A stretch of 64,000 nucleotides of DNA from the human T2T-CHM13v2.0 reference genome, Homo sapiens (GCF_009914755.1 NC_060944.1), one strand, 5' to 3'. Shown: positions 13,039 to 26,830, numbered from the stretch's first letter. Numbers and translations are program-made. Notes: a model not told the origin generated them from the sequence alone.

Positions 13039-13220
13039 GAGCACTAGCTACATGTAGCTATTTTAATTAAAATTAAAGTTAAATAAAATTAAAAGTTCAA
13101 TTACCTACTTTTACCAACCACATTTCAAGGACTCAATAGTCACATGTGGCTGGTGGCTACCATATTGGACAGAGCAAAGTAGAACATTTCTATTGTCACT
13201 GAGGTTCTACTGAATAGTCC
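13039..13220 (-). mobile_element. MER3 hAT-Charlie MITE
   Basis: cacatttcaagg..caatagtcacatgtggctggtggctaccatattggacag..agaacatttc. Confidence 0.85.
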
Positions 13221-13509
13221 AAGTCCAACTCTAGATTCTTAGGCTCTGGCAGCCCAGGCTATCTTACAACTAAATGTTCTTTCTGGTATTGGCTCTTCCT
13301 GGTATTGGCCAACAGTTACTGCGATTGCCCCACTGGCTTAAGCTTGTTTGCTTTGCTTAGGTCTTTCCATTAGTCCAAAAATATCTCAGCATTCGGCCAT
13401 TTCCAGGTGCCTTACTGTTGGCTCATAAAGATGTGTTTGGTGATGATGTTTGGTCACCAAAGAAGAAAGGAACTCTTGTTACCTCTTGCACTTCTCCCTC
13501 AGACTATTT

Positions 13510-13665
13510 ACTGCCATTATAATGTTATATTTGTTGGGAAGTGAATGCTTACTCTCCACTAGAATCCCACTAAGAGCCCCAAGGAAAGGGATCATGTGCT
13601 TGCCATTTTTTCTTCGGTTCCCTACAGAGTTCCTGGCAGAGTGGTCAGCCACAACTGTTGGATAA
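13510..13665 (+). mobile_element. L2 3' fragment
   Basis: ctctccactagaat..aaagggatcatgtg..cagagttcctggcagagtgg. Confidence 0.45.
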
Positions 13666-13935
13666 AGTTAAGCCCTGGGTAGGATAATTTTCCTTTACAA
13701 CAGTATGTCCAGTGTAGGCAAAACATCATTCCCAACAAGAAAAATGGCACATCTCAAAAAAAGTAATTTCCATCATGTGTTGGCTTATAACGTGCCATGG
13801 TGAGATTCAGAACCACAAGGTCCCTGTTCCTTTCACAGTAATGAACCCAAAGCAATTGAATGCAGAGCTATCAACATGAATAAGGGCAAGTCAACTAGGA
13901 CTTTCTTATGCATCCAGCATTAAAGAGTTTTTGTT

Positions 13936-14001
13936 AACATCCACAGTAACTAGTGAAACTTTGTGTGAAAACATTCACAGTAACTAGTGAAACTTTGTGT
14001 G
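13936..14001. repeat. 34-bp tandem duplication
   Basis: aacat(c/t)cacagtaactagtgaaactttgtgtg x2, 1 mismatch. Confidence 0.95.
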
Positions 14002-14267
14002 TTTCTGAGGTCACATTAAAAGGCGGTTTGGGTAGGCTAATTATCCTTTTATCATCCTTTTTGGTGTTATGACTATTCAACCTCTTTTTATATAAACTTA
14101 AATATCCTTTGCTCACACAATGATCCAGACAGCTGGATACTCCTTATAGGGTAGTCAAGAGTATTCAGAGGTCCCTCTTCAACATCTACTGGCTGCCATG
14201 GCTGAGCATCACATCCAATGTAAAAAGCTGAATATTCTTGGGACAAATTAATATTGATGGTTAGAAA

Positions 14268-14323
14268 TAATAAAATAAAAAGATGTTTTATTTTTAACAT
14301 CTAATAAAATAAAAAGATGTTTT
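14268..14323. repeat. 22-bp direct repeat with inverted spacer
   Basis: taataaaataaaaagatgtttt at 14268 and 14302. Confidence 0.9.
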
Positions 14324-16109
14324 TCTTTAAGTTTTCAAAAAGAGAAAATAGATTTTTCTTTATTTCAGAAAAGGAAGGATGTACGGCATTACTGTAAGCT
14401 CCACAAAGGCAAGGACTATGGTTTTGGGGATTGTCCTTAGAATGTCTTTCCTTCAGGTCCATCTAGTGAGAGTCTTTTAAAAAATATATCAGATGCTGTG
14501 GCGGACACCAAACCAATTGTATCCCTCATTCCCTTGCTGTAAGTTAGACAAAATAAGCTAGCTGGACCCCAAATATCTGATCTTTTGAAACAATTAGATG
14601 ACAATGATGGAATGATATATAATTAGGAATCACCAAAAATAGTTCAGGTATAACATAAATCCTCTAGAGAGTTGAAGAAAGATGAGAATATTTGGGGCTA
14701 AACTGATGAGGCAAGGCTTTATGGAAAAAGTGAGAAAAATTGACCCAAAGATGTGAATAGGTGAGAGAGTGGAAGGGAAGTCATTAACATTGGAGGAGAG
14801 AGAAAAAGGAGACTGAATCCTGGTATGAGCCAAGTAGCAAGAATGAGTAGACAGGATATGTTTATAGAACAGTAATGATTCTGATTTGACTTTTTACTGA
14901 GAAAAGGTGGGTTGACTGTTTTCAGCCAATTATATATGAGATGCAGAAGTTGGATCTACTAACTTGATTTAGCCAGCAACACATAGTTAGAAATGAGTAA
15001 AACCATATTGGGCGTGTGGGGGCTCTGCCTGTGGTAGTTGACACTTCTTTTTTTGGCCAGGATGGCTTGGTTGATCTGGGCATTAAAAGAGGATGCCCTT
15101 CTTTCCTAAAAGTGACCTTCCTAGATAGCAAATAGAAGATAATGACTACTGTTTAGTCAATGAAAGATGTGCAGTCCCCAAATAATCAATATTTCCTAGG
15201 CACAATTCATTTATGTTTTGTTTGTTTCAAAATTTTGCTAGCAAGTATCTCACCACGTATTGGAAATGAGAAAGATATGACCATCTTATTTTGGTAACAG
15301 TTGTCGTGGGTGAATGCCAAAATATTATGTAAAATAAAACCTTTAAGTATGGGGAAGTAAGCTCACTATCTCAGCTTTCCCTCCCCTTGTCTGAGCTCAG
15401 AGCATCAAGCTGTTAAGGACTGTACCAGTGACTGCATGTGTTCCCCAGAGAAAATGAAATGAGCCCACCAGATATCAGTAAATATTTCTTACTGTTTTGG
15501 TTTCCATGTGTCTTAAGTGTGAATTTTGAGTAAAGGTTTTATTCAAGCAAAAGGCTCCTTACTCATTTTTTCTACAATAATATTACTAAAGTTTAGTTAA
15601 TGGTATTCAACTATCTGTTCTACTCAGCAACATAATGTAATCTTATGAAATAAGAAATTATCTGAAAGGGCATTTCTTTTCACATGGCTTTATAAAGCAT
15701 CCGTGTTGAATGTTTGATGGAGAAAATGAGTTAATAACATGAGAGGTTTATGCATTAACTATTTAATAACCAGTGGATTCAGGTAATTCTGTTTCTCCTG
15801 CTACCACCCGAAGTCACACCGCTCCCCAGATTCCTGATGTGTTGCAGCCATTTTTCTCCCTATATCATAACTACCCAGCACTACCCTGCAAATCCTCAGA
15901 GACTGCCCATAGGCCATCTGATCATCAGTGTAAGGCTTCAGAATGATCTGAGGTCCACTACTGGCCTCTGCATTTCTTCCTTGGAGTCCATTCACACAAT
16001 TTAGTAAATATCTCTCCAGTGTTTCTCCAAAAGGCAAAATCCAAACACTGATGTTTGGTGCACATGAGGCCAGGAAAGGGATTTGCGAGCTGCTCTAGAT
16101 TCTCATATT

Positions 16110-16360
16110 TTCCAAATCCCTTTTTCTTCTCCCCTTCAGTGCCTTCTGTCTTTTTCTCCATTTTCTCCATAGCACTTATCAACACTTGACAAACTATATC
16201 CTTTGTTCATTTAGCTTGTTTGTTGCCTAACAAGTTCCCAGTAGAAAGCAAGTATTATAAAGACAAGGATTTTTGATTATTTTATCTGCTGTTATATCTC
16301 CAGTACCTAGAATAATGCCTGGCACACAGTTAGTGTTCAATAAATATTTGTAGAAAGACT
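16110..16360 (+). mobile_element. L2a 3' end
   Basis: catagcacttatca..ccagtacctagaataatgcctggcacacagttagtgttcaataaatatttg. Confidence 0.85.
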
Positions 16361-16362
16361 AA

Positions 16363-16833
<471 letters not shown>

Positions 16834-17244
16834 ATGTGGAGCACAGAATCCTTGGGAGCCCTGCCAAGAAGGCTGGCTACCATCTCTCCTGTGGCTCTCT
16901 GGCTTATCTCCTGGACTGTGGCTCTTTCTGTCTCATCTCCTGACCACACACTTCTGTTTGCGTTTTTTCATCCAGAAATTAAAATATCTCATTTGTTCCT
17001 TTGCAGTTATGTGGTTTTTTTTTTTTTCAGTTCCTTTACCACCACTACTTTAATGTAGCTTTTTGAAGAAGAAGAAGCAAATGCCTGAGCTTAGCTGCCA
17101 TCTTGAACTCGAAACTCTTATCACTTTTATCTTGTTTGAGTCACCATTTCTCTGAAGTCTGTAATATGACTGCTACCAATACAGCATTCTCTCTTCTCTG
17201 AATTCTTAGAATACTTACCATCAGTTTTGACCATTTGGGTAATG

Positions 17245-17470
17245 TATTAGATAGAATTACTGCTCTAACAAAGACACTCCTAATGTAACTATTAATATAT
17301 CTTAAAGAAGATGGAAGTTTATTTCTCCCCAATGTAACATTCTCAAATTGGGAGGCCTGAGTCAGTAGTAGACACCACTGCTCCACGTGATTGATCAGAT
17401 TCAGGCTCCTCCACCTTGCTACTCTCCCATTCTTGATCATTGTTCTCAGCCAAAAGGAGAAGAGCTGGAA
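17245..17470 (-). mobile_element. Old MaLR (MLT1-type) LTR fragment
   Basis: tgtattag..tgctctaacaaa..aagtttatttctc. Confidence 0.4.
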
Positions 17471-17561
17471 GTAGACAGTTCTTGTTCTCAGTTTGAGAGA
17501 AAACGAGAAAGAAACAGTCCTGTTTAGCATTTTTCTTCTAAATATGTGCTCTGTGGGATGC

Positions 17562-17601
17562 GTGTGTGTGTGTGTGCATGCCTGTGTGTGTGTGTGTGTG
17601 T
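17562..17601. repeat. Interrupted (TG)n microsatellite
   Basis: Read directly. Confidence 0.9.
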
Positions 17602-18740
17602 AAGTGTTAATATATTTATTTCTGGAAGATAGGATCACAAGATTTGTAACTTTAATTATTTTGCTCCTTTATATTTTTCCAATTGTTTTTACATTGAACC
17701 TATACTATATATATATTTGTGGCTGACATTAGATATTCTTTAACTATTTGTTAAAGAATTACTATTAAATTAAACGTGTATGTAAAGATCTTCCTTTAGA
17801 AGGGTAGGAAATAACCAAGTGGAGGATAGAGGCTTCTTTTAGACAACAAAGAACTCAAGCAACTGTAAATACAAGCAAAAAAATGTAAAGCCATGTTTGT
17901 GATTTTAAGTGAATTGAAAAAAAAATCTCTTAAAGTATATCTTTAAACTGTAATAGTTACGTATATGTTGTATAACCTTTCAAAAAACAAATCAAATGAA
18001 TCAGATGTTTGACACAGTAGAATTAAAACTCCTAACTTGACTGATATCCGCCCCCCCCACCTTTGACCGATTATGTTGACATTTAACAAATTAAAGTTAA
18101 ATTTAGGAGTTGGGAGAAAGAAAGGGAATATACAATGGGAGGTGGACAAAACAGTGTGGGAGAGTGGACACAGAATAAGGGCCACGGTGTGTATTCAGAG
18201 AGGTGACAGACATCAACATATGTTCATCAGCAAGTGACGGAGGTCAACAGGTAGAAGAAATTTGAGTGAGGACATGGGACATTTATCAGCAAAGACATGA
18301 AAATAAGACAGTAAATAAAGCTTGTATTTGAAACAGAAAAAATTAAGTGGAAGTAACTGATAATAAACCTGATTTAATTAGGCCTAAAAAGTTTTATTTG
18401 TTACCTGTTAGTCACCATATTTTAACCCTTCTTTGGCCATATGTAGAATTAGCTGCTGTCCCTCTACCAACCTTAAGAGATATGAAAGTGGGGAAATGGA
18501 AACTCATCCCAAGAGGACAGTTGAGGTTCATTTGATGAAGGAGACAGAAAGCTTTGGGTTAAAGATTAAGTGATCCCTTTGCAAATTAATTCTTATACTA
18601 AGGTACTGTGAACATGGGTCAGTTTTCAAGGGTTTCTTTAGGTTTAATACCATAATACTAAGATTTCAGTAGCATGATTATTGAGCAACATAAATAGTGT
18701 ATACATTTTTCCAAGCTGTTTTTTTAATTAAGATATTATG

Positions 18741-19025
18741 GGCCAGGCATGGTGGCTCACGCCTGTAATCCCAGCACTTTGGTAGGCTGAGGCGGGCGGA
18801 TCACGAGGTTAGGAAATCGAGACCATCCTGGCTAACACGGTGAAAACCCGTCTCTACTAAAAATACAAAAAATTAGCCGGGCGTAGTGGCAGGCGCCTGT
18901 AGTCCCAGCTACTCAGGAGGCTGAGGCAGGAGAATGGCATGAACCCGGGAGCCGAGATTGCGCCACTGCACTCTATCCTGGGTGACAGAGTGAGACTCCA
19001 TCTCACAAAAAAAAAAAAAAAAAAA
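18741..19025 (+). mobile_element. AluY with 17-nt internal deletion
   Basis: AluY diagnostics; TSD aagata(t/c)tatg at 18730-18740 and 19024-19034. Confidence 0.95.
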
Positions 19026-19674
19026 GATACTATGAACATTTTTACTTTCCATGTACGCGTATAATGTTTTTTCTGATTATGTAACAGTCTATGGAGTGGA
19101 AGTTCCAATTAATATACTCCTGACAAGATTAGCAAGGTTGGCTATCAGATGTATATTTATTGAAGAAAATATTTATTTGACACCACTTATTGGTTTATTC
19201 TTTATCCTTAGATACTTTTTAATGAAACAAAATCTTTCTACATTTTGATTGTCATAGGTGACTTATTTAAGTTGAAAAAAATAACTTCGCTTTTTTTTTT
19301 TTTTTACAAATTGCTGGAGTTGTACATCGATGAGTTAAAGCTTATAATTTTAAATATTAATAATTAAGAATAGAGCAAGTGCTGCTGCCATTTATTCAAA
19401 AAGAGGCAAGAGATGTTAAAATGAAATCGATAAATGTATTTGTTGAAAATTACCAGAATAAATAGGAAAAAAATTTTAATATTTTGAATGAAAAGGCTAG
19501 AATATGACATATTCTAAATCCCATTGTATTTTACTTCTCTGAAAATTATTTTAAGATTATACATTTCTATATAATTATTTTTACAAAATATGATTTAATA
19601 ACATAAACAAAAATAAAATATAAACATGTATTATTTATGTTAATTTTCTCTTTATTAATATTTTTTCTTCTCCT

Positions 19675-19775
19675 CCAGCTTATTATTATAAAAATCTTCA
19701 AATATAGAAAAATTCAAAACATAGAACAGTAAACACCTGTGTCACCTCTAAGATTTAACGGCTGTTATATTGTAG
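19675..19775 (-). mobile_element. Old L1M 3' end fragment
   Basis: ttattataaaaatcttcaaatatagaaaa..aacacctgtg..agatttaac. Confidence 0.5.
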
Positions 19776-20434
19776 GAAAATAAAAACTTATTTGCTGTAT
19801 GAATATATGAAGTACTGAAATAGAATAAAAACATACAAAGTAGTATAAACACACTTTTATTTCTGTACCACATTATTGATATTGTATTGATACATTGTTA
19901 TATTTTTGAAGAATCACAATAAACTCTAGATTGGAGAAATACTCACTCATAGACTCAGGCCCTGGAAACTAGGAGAGTCCAGTGCAATCGTTTTTGTTAT
20001 GACTCGTTCTCTTTTATTTTTCTCCTTTCTTTTTAAATCTTCTTTGTCTTTCTATCTGACAGAAGAATAAAATTTAGCAAAATAATTATTCACTAAAGAA
20101 ATATCTAAATGAATATTGGTTACATACCAAAGATCGAATAATTGCATTCTATAATAGGGAAGTCTGTTGTCTTTGTGGTTGGTTGGTCTTGTGTTATACA
20201 GTTCATGAATACATAAATAAAATTCGTGTGTCTTTTGCAAATTACTCTTTTATTGTGTTCCTTGGAAATAAATCACTATAACTAACATGTATTGAGTACT
20301 GAATGCCTTTTTTCTTTTTGTAATAGACTGGAGTGAATTTAGTTCTGCATGGTAAGAACTTAGTATATGTAGTAAGTCAATTTTAACTTACTGGTAAGTG
20401 ACATTTTAATGAAACATTTTTAAATGGGCAGATC

Positions 20435-20628
20435 TAGTGTTGCCAGATAAGCTGAAGCATGCTCAGTTAGATTTGAATTCAGATGTACAATGAATAATTA
20501 CCTTAATATAAATGTGTCCTAAATATTGCATAGGACATACTTATACTAAAATAATTACTCATTGTTCATCTGAAATTCAGATATAAGTGGATGTTCTGTA
20601 TTTTGCTTTGCTAAATCTCTCAACCCTA
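20435..20628. mobile_element. MER53 palindromic hAT MITE
   Basis: tagtgttgccagata..tgtcctaaatattgcataggacatacttatactaaaa..tctcaacccta; self-complementary. Confidence 0.9.
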
Positions 20629-21047
20629 GCAGAATGTGATATGTTAGATGTTTGGTCATCTAGGGTTTTGTTTCATATACTTTTTTTGTCTTTTTATTTT
20701 ATGCCAGAATCATGATTTAGACAAAATATTTTGCAAGTTTTAGCTACCTATCTGAAATGTTGGAAGCAAACCAATCAACAAACTTGGCACCGTCACTGAG
20801 GAAGAGAGAAAAGTGAGGTATATTAAGTTACTCAACCATATTTTTTATTTTATTTTTACTCATTGATTATAATTTTTTCTCTAAGTATACCAATTATATA
20901 AACTCAATTATAAGAACAAACAAGTGAAACAAAACAAAATAAACCAAAAAATAAGCACACCTAAAAAACACAGAATGCTACAAACACACTACCTCATATT
21001 AAATGTATTGCCCTCCAGAATCAGCCTCTGTTCTCTGAAAAACACTG

Positions 21048-21205
21048 ACCTGGGTCTTAGGAAATCTTACCCCCCATCCTGGTGTTGTCCTTATGAGCTC
21101 TCTGGCATGAGCAAGTATCTTAGTCTCCTAGGATTCTGGTTCTCATCTGTCAATTAAAGGGTTTGAAAGATTGATATCTGAGGTCATTTCCAGACCTGAG
21201 GTTAG
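21048..21205 (+). mobile_element. MIR3-like SINE
   Basis: gagcaagtatcttagtctc..ttctcatctgtcaa..gatatctgaggtcatttccag. Confidence 0.6.
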
Positions 21206-21815
21206 AGTAGCCCATGATTTCAGCTTCAAGTTCCTGGACAATAATTATGTATCCATAGCACTCATGAGCCCTGTACTTGTTTAATTAATCTGTGTTTGCT
21301 TGTTTTTTAAACTGCACCATTTCTATGTCTTCATTCTTCTTTATTGAAATGGATTTAGTTTTCATCTTAATAGGTGTAATGATGTTATTCATGCAAAGCA
21401 ATAATTCAAAATTAAATCCAAAGGAAATCTTTTAGCAGTATTCACATTAAGATGCTGGATGTGCCCTTTAAATAAAGTCAGCATTTCTCCCTAATGATTT
21501 TGAGGCTCATTCTAAAAGTTTAATGCCAGAATAAAATGGTATTTTCCTTGGGAAGAACAATTTTGGTGGTCCCATTGTAGAGCAATCTTTTTAAGAGAAT
21601 TGCAGAAGGTAAAAAGAAATGTACATAGATCGTGATAATTTTAGGCATTAGGACAGTGCTACATAAGACAGATGCTTTCTACCGTAATTTATAAACATAC
21701 GCTTTAGGACATGTAATTTTTCCCATTTGTATTACGGGGTACTTTAAGTGTAGTTGTAATACTTTAGAGTTATTTCAGACAACAAAAAAACCCTTAGAGA
21801 TCATCTATCCAACTT

Positions 21816-21831
21816 TCTGTCTCTGTCTCTG

Positions 21832-21872
<41 letters not shown>
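21816..21872. repeat. (TC)n microsatellite inside a MIR3-like fragment
   Basis: About 19 CT units preceded by TCTCTG units. Confidence 0.95.
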
Positions 21873-21876
<4 letters not shown>

Positions 21877-22269
21877 AAGAAGAAACTCAGTCCCAGTGCA
21901 CTAGGTGACTGGTACAGGGGAAAGTAACTTAGGGAAGAAAAGGAAGCATCCTGTAGGTACTTTGCAGGCATAGCTGATGTTGTATCATAGGCACTCTATG
22001 GGCTGGCCCAGCCCCAGAATTCCTGCTATAAAAGGATTGAAAGTGATAGTGTGGTCCTGGGATGGAGGAGGGAGGGAACTTGTCTGAGATGTGCCTGGGA
22101 GGTAGGGTGGAGTGGGAGACTTGTCTGGAAGCTAAATTTGCATTTCAAGTTCATTATTTTTGCTCAGGTTGTCTAAATGTGGTACCTTGATGGGAGAGCC
22201 AGGGAAGTGGGGAGGAGCTGATGGAAATCACAGAGGGGCTAAATGCTTCCCATGCCACTTCTTGGCTAT

Positions 22270-22430
22270 GACACCTTAGCCAAGATATTTTTTTCCCAAC
22301 TGTACAGATGATAACCCTGAGGCTAAAAAGCATTTCTTTGATTTGCTGAAAGTTACAGAATAATGGGTAGGATTCAAACTCAGGTCTGTCAAGCCAGAAA
22401 ATCTATATGTGTGATGCATTATACCATGCT
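22270..22430 (-). mobile_element. MIR SINE
   Basis: tacagatgataaccctgaggct..ggattcaaactcaggtctgtc. Confidence 0.7.
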
Positions 22431-23276
22431 GATGGAATAAACATGACCTCAACAACTTTGAAACCTTCCTTGAAAAGAGACACAAACCTTCAGGACCATA
22501 CGTGATTGTGTTTGCTACATGTAGACACACATCCTTCTGAACATAGTAATTCAAATTAAATTTCTTAAAAGTCATTGAAAAATGTATAGCTAGAGTTATG
22601 TCTCTATGTGCAAATTAATTGCTAGAAGAAAGTAAAACATAATTAAAATTGAATATAAAGCCTATTACATTAAAGTAATGAATTATTTATTTTAAAATAT
22701 CCACATTGACCCAGTTCCATTGGTTGGTTTTAAAATAGCAACATGTTTTTCTCCTGAGAAAAGCGTTTCTGTATAAATACATTCATTCTCCCTCCCTTAC
22801 AGGCTCTTTCTTGACTGAACAAAAGTAATTTATGCTTTTTTTTTCTTACTTAGAAGTTTTCATAATCAAAGGGAGTCTCTAAAGCATGTAATAGGACGGT
22901 AGATATGAAGGTTGATAGATATGTTTCATCAGTTTCAAGCACATAAACAGTTCAACCCCCAATATACAAATGTTATAACCAACAGTATAATTTTTAGCAA
23001 TTCATGTAGATTTGATGCCAGACCTGGCTGCAAGGTAGTGTGGAGTAAACAAAGCAAAGGCCCTGGAGTTCTGAGTTTGTCAGATCCTCAGTGTCATTGC
23101 TAACTGCTTAGGCTTTAAGCATCTTGCCAACTCTAAATTCTACTCTACATTCTTGCCAACTCTAACTGAATTCAGCTTCTGAATTCAACTCAAAATTAAA
23201 TTTCTAATTAGGATTAGAAAATTCTAAATTCTTTGACCGGATTTATAAAATCAAATATAAAAAACATATATATATG

Positions 23277-23565
23277 TTTTTTTGAGACGGGCTCTCACTC
23301 TGTCACGCAGGCTGAAATACAGTGGTGTGGTCATGGTTCACTGCAGCCTCCAACTCCTGGATTCAAGTGATCCTTCTGTCTCAGCCTACCAAGTAACTGG
23401 GACAACAGGCAGGTGCCACTGTGCTCAGCTAATTTTTTAAAATTTTTGTAGAGATGGGGTCATGCTATGTTGCCCAGATTAGTCTTGAACTTGCTTTTTA
23501 AGCAGTCCTCCCACCTCTGTCTCCCAAATTGCTGGGATTACAGGCATGAGCCACCACATCTGGCC
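23277..23565 (-). mobile_element. AluJ
   Basis: J diagnostics tcatggttcactgcagcctcc..tcaagtgatcc, gctatgttgcccag. Confidence 0.9.
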
Positions 23566-23631
23566 AAATATTGTATATAATACATGTTTCTGGTAGTTCC
23601 CAGGGACAATGAAAGCCTTTTATTCCCACAG

Positions 23632-23800
23632 CAGTGGTTCTCACAATGTGGTCCCTAGACCAATAGCATCAATATCACCTGGGAACTTGTTAGAAATGCA
23701 GATTCTCAGCCTCCATCCTAAACTTGCTATATCAGAAATCCTGAGGACAAGGTCAGCAACTTCGGTTTTAGGAAATTCTCCAGGTGATTGGGAACTACCG
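23632..23800 (+). mobile_element. MER5A
   Basis: cagtggttctcacaatgtggtccc..atcacctgggaacttgttagaaatgcagattctc. Confidence 0.9.
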
Positions 23801-25305
23801 TTTTACACTATGATATTAAAGGGCGATTTCAAAGAATAGGGTAATTCCCAGATTATTATACTGAGAGCTTCACAACTCAATCTCTGCCTTGACTGTATCA
23901 CGAAGAATCCTTAAACAGAAGAGAGTGAGCCACAATGGATGGTTGTGGAAGTGAACAACCAAGGCAGGTGGTACTGCCATTTCCTGATAGAACACTTTCC
24001 AATCCCGCGTCTCCCACCTCTGGGTTTCCATCTTCCTGTATCTATTTTCATAATGAGTGTTCATCTAAGCATTCCAAATAAGTTCATACTGGATAATTAT
24101 GGATGAGAAATAAATTGGCAACCAGAAAAATAGGAAATCATCCCTAAACAATGCCTATTGATAAATATCTGGAAATTTTTCTGGGAAGCATAGGTATGCT
24201 GTTTCACAATATAAGACATGAAAGAATGTTCCCAGAAGGGTAGGAGTGGCTGGACTGAAATTGAAGTAGTAATTTGAGGTGTCACAGTGGACACCTCAAG
24301 GTCATGGCATTTTATTTATTGTTGCAATTATAAGAACAATAAAACTGCAACAGGCAGCAGGGTCCATGCAGTTTCACCAGCCTTCCACACGATACCGTTC
24401 CCCCTCATCAGCACTTCTGATTTCCAGAGGCTCGAATCCACTAAGCAGCCTCAGCAAGCACACACATTAATATATTTGCCCAAGACAGAACAGTTTTTGA
24501 GCTGGCAGTTGTTGATAAAGACATGTCACCCCTGGTTTTGTTCTTTACTGAAAGGCCTCCGAATAGGAATGGTGAAATTCTTTTTATCACCTCCACATGG
24601 GTTGTCTTCTTGGCACAAATGAAGAGACCGGAGCCTGCAATCATTCCTCAACTCCTAAAACAAAGGAAGGTGGATTCCATTATTCTAAGGGCCCTGGGGA
24701 TTGGACATCTTCAGAAGCATTCAAGAAATAAGGAAGCTGCATGTTAAAAGGCCTCAGTGCTGATTAAAAGTAGGAACAAAGCTAGGTGCTCTTGCATTTA
24801 TCACATGTATTAATTGTACTGCTATCTTTGGCTTGCAGAATAGGATGTTATAAAGAATGCAGTGACCATTTTGGCATGTTGAAAATCCCATTATTCATAT
24901 GATTAAGAAACAAAAGTGAAGTCGCCAAGCACTGGGTTATGCCCATCTAAAGATTTGTTGATGGAATGAAATTTATCTTTTATTCATACTCCAACAACTT
25001 CTGAATAATAATTTCTAGTGCTGCTCTTCGGTGCGTTTCTGGTGGTTCTGAGCTTTATTATGATCGTTTCCATCCTAAGATATACTTCTCTTTTTAGTAT
25101 TTTTATAAAATTTGATAAAAAGAAACCAGTGGAAGTGATCATGTCACCTCTTGTTTATAATGCTTAAGTGGAGTTTTCTTTGTATAGTCAGCAAAGGATG
25201 GATAATCTCACTACTGCTTGTTCCTGCAACCTCAGTGCATGCTGTTCACCCCTTGCCCTCTGAGTTCTGAACTGACTACCCTCCTCTGAGATGCTCAAAG
25301 GCCAC

Positions 25306-25668
25306 TGATATGGTTTGGCCATGTCCCCACCCAAATCTCATCTTGAATTTTAGCTCCCATAATTCTCACATATTGTAGGAGGGACCCAGTCGGACATAAT
25401 TGAATCCTGGGGGTGGTTTCCATCATACTATTCTTGTGGTAGTGAATAAGTCTCACGAGATCTGATGGTTTTATAAGATTAAACCCCTTTTTGCGTAGCT
25501 CTCATTTTCTCTTATCTGCCACCAAGTAATATGTGCCTTTTGCCTTCTGTCATGGTTGTGAAGCCTCCCCAGCCATGTGGAATTGTGAGTCCATTAAATC
25601 TCTTTTTCTTTATAAATTACCCAGTCTTGGGTATGTCTCTATCAGCAGCATGAAAATGGGCTAATACA
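25306..25668 (+). mobile_element. THE1B-like solo LTR (ERVL-MaLR), full length, 363 bp
   Basis: tgatatggtttgg..ccaaatctcatcttgaat..attaaa..ctaataca; TG..CA ends; 5-bp TSD gccac/gcccc. Confidence 0.92.
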
Positions 25669-25708
25669 GCCCCAAGCTCCTTTCCACTCATCATTTTGCA
25701 CATGTTGA

Positions 25709-26181
<473 letters not shown>

Positions 26182-26299
26182 TAGAGTAATTATTTGATTA
26201 ATGCCTGTCTCCCAACATAGAGGCCATAATTTTTTCATCATTTTATCCCTAGCACTTAGTAGAGTGCCAGCCTGGCATATTGTGGGCAATAATAGCCAT

Positions 26300-26830
26300 C
26301 AAATGTTTTGAGCAGGGAATAATATGGTTGGATATGTCTTAGAAAAATAACCCTTGTAAGTTTGGAGGTCAAATTGGGGAGTGGAACGATTAATAATAGA
26401 GACTTCTTATAGGGAACTATTGCAGTTTTCCACGAAGGAAAAAGAAAAACAACTTAAAAAAACTACCTAAACTATCAATTTTATCATCCATTCACCCATT
26501 TGCTGAACATTTACTGAGTGCCTACAATGTACATGTCAGATACTGGGCTGGGTGCTGAGACAATAAAGGACTCTATTTGGAAAATGAAAGGAAGGGGATA
26601 GATTTTAAAGGGGTCTAGGGGTAGAATCAATAGGACCCACTAAACAATTTGAGATGTAAAAGACGGGCTTCAAAAGGAATCTAAGATTTCTTGCTCAATG
26701 ACCAAATAGAGGGTGATTCTATTAACCCCTTTTTAGAACTTCAGGAAGAGTAGCAAGTCAGAACAAAAGGTGGAGAGCTCAAGTTGAACATGTGGAGTTT
26801 GAGATGCTCATCAGATTTCCAGATGAATCA
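26300..26830 (-). mobile_element. L2 fragments
   Basis: ttttgagcaggga..; gaacatttactgagtgcctac; ttgaacatgtggagtttgagatgc. Confidence 0.6.

Noticed and set aside
17141-17638. Longest ORF (165 aa), and 5103-5573 (156 aa)
   Set aside because: They span microsatellite, LTR or DNA-transposon relics, show no recognisable domain, and are of chance length for 64 kb
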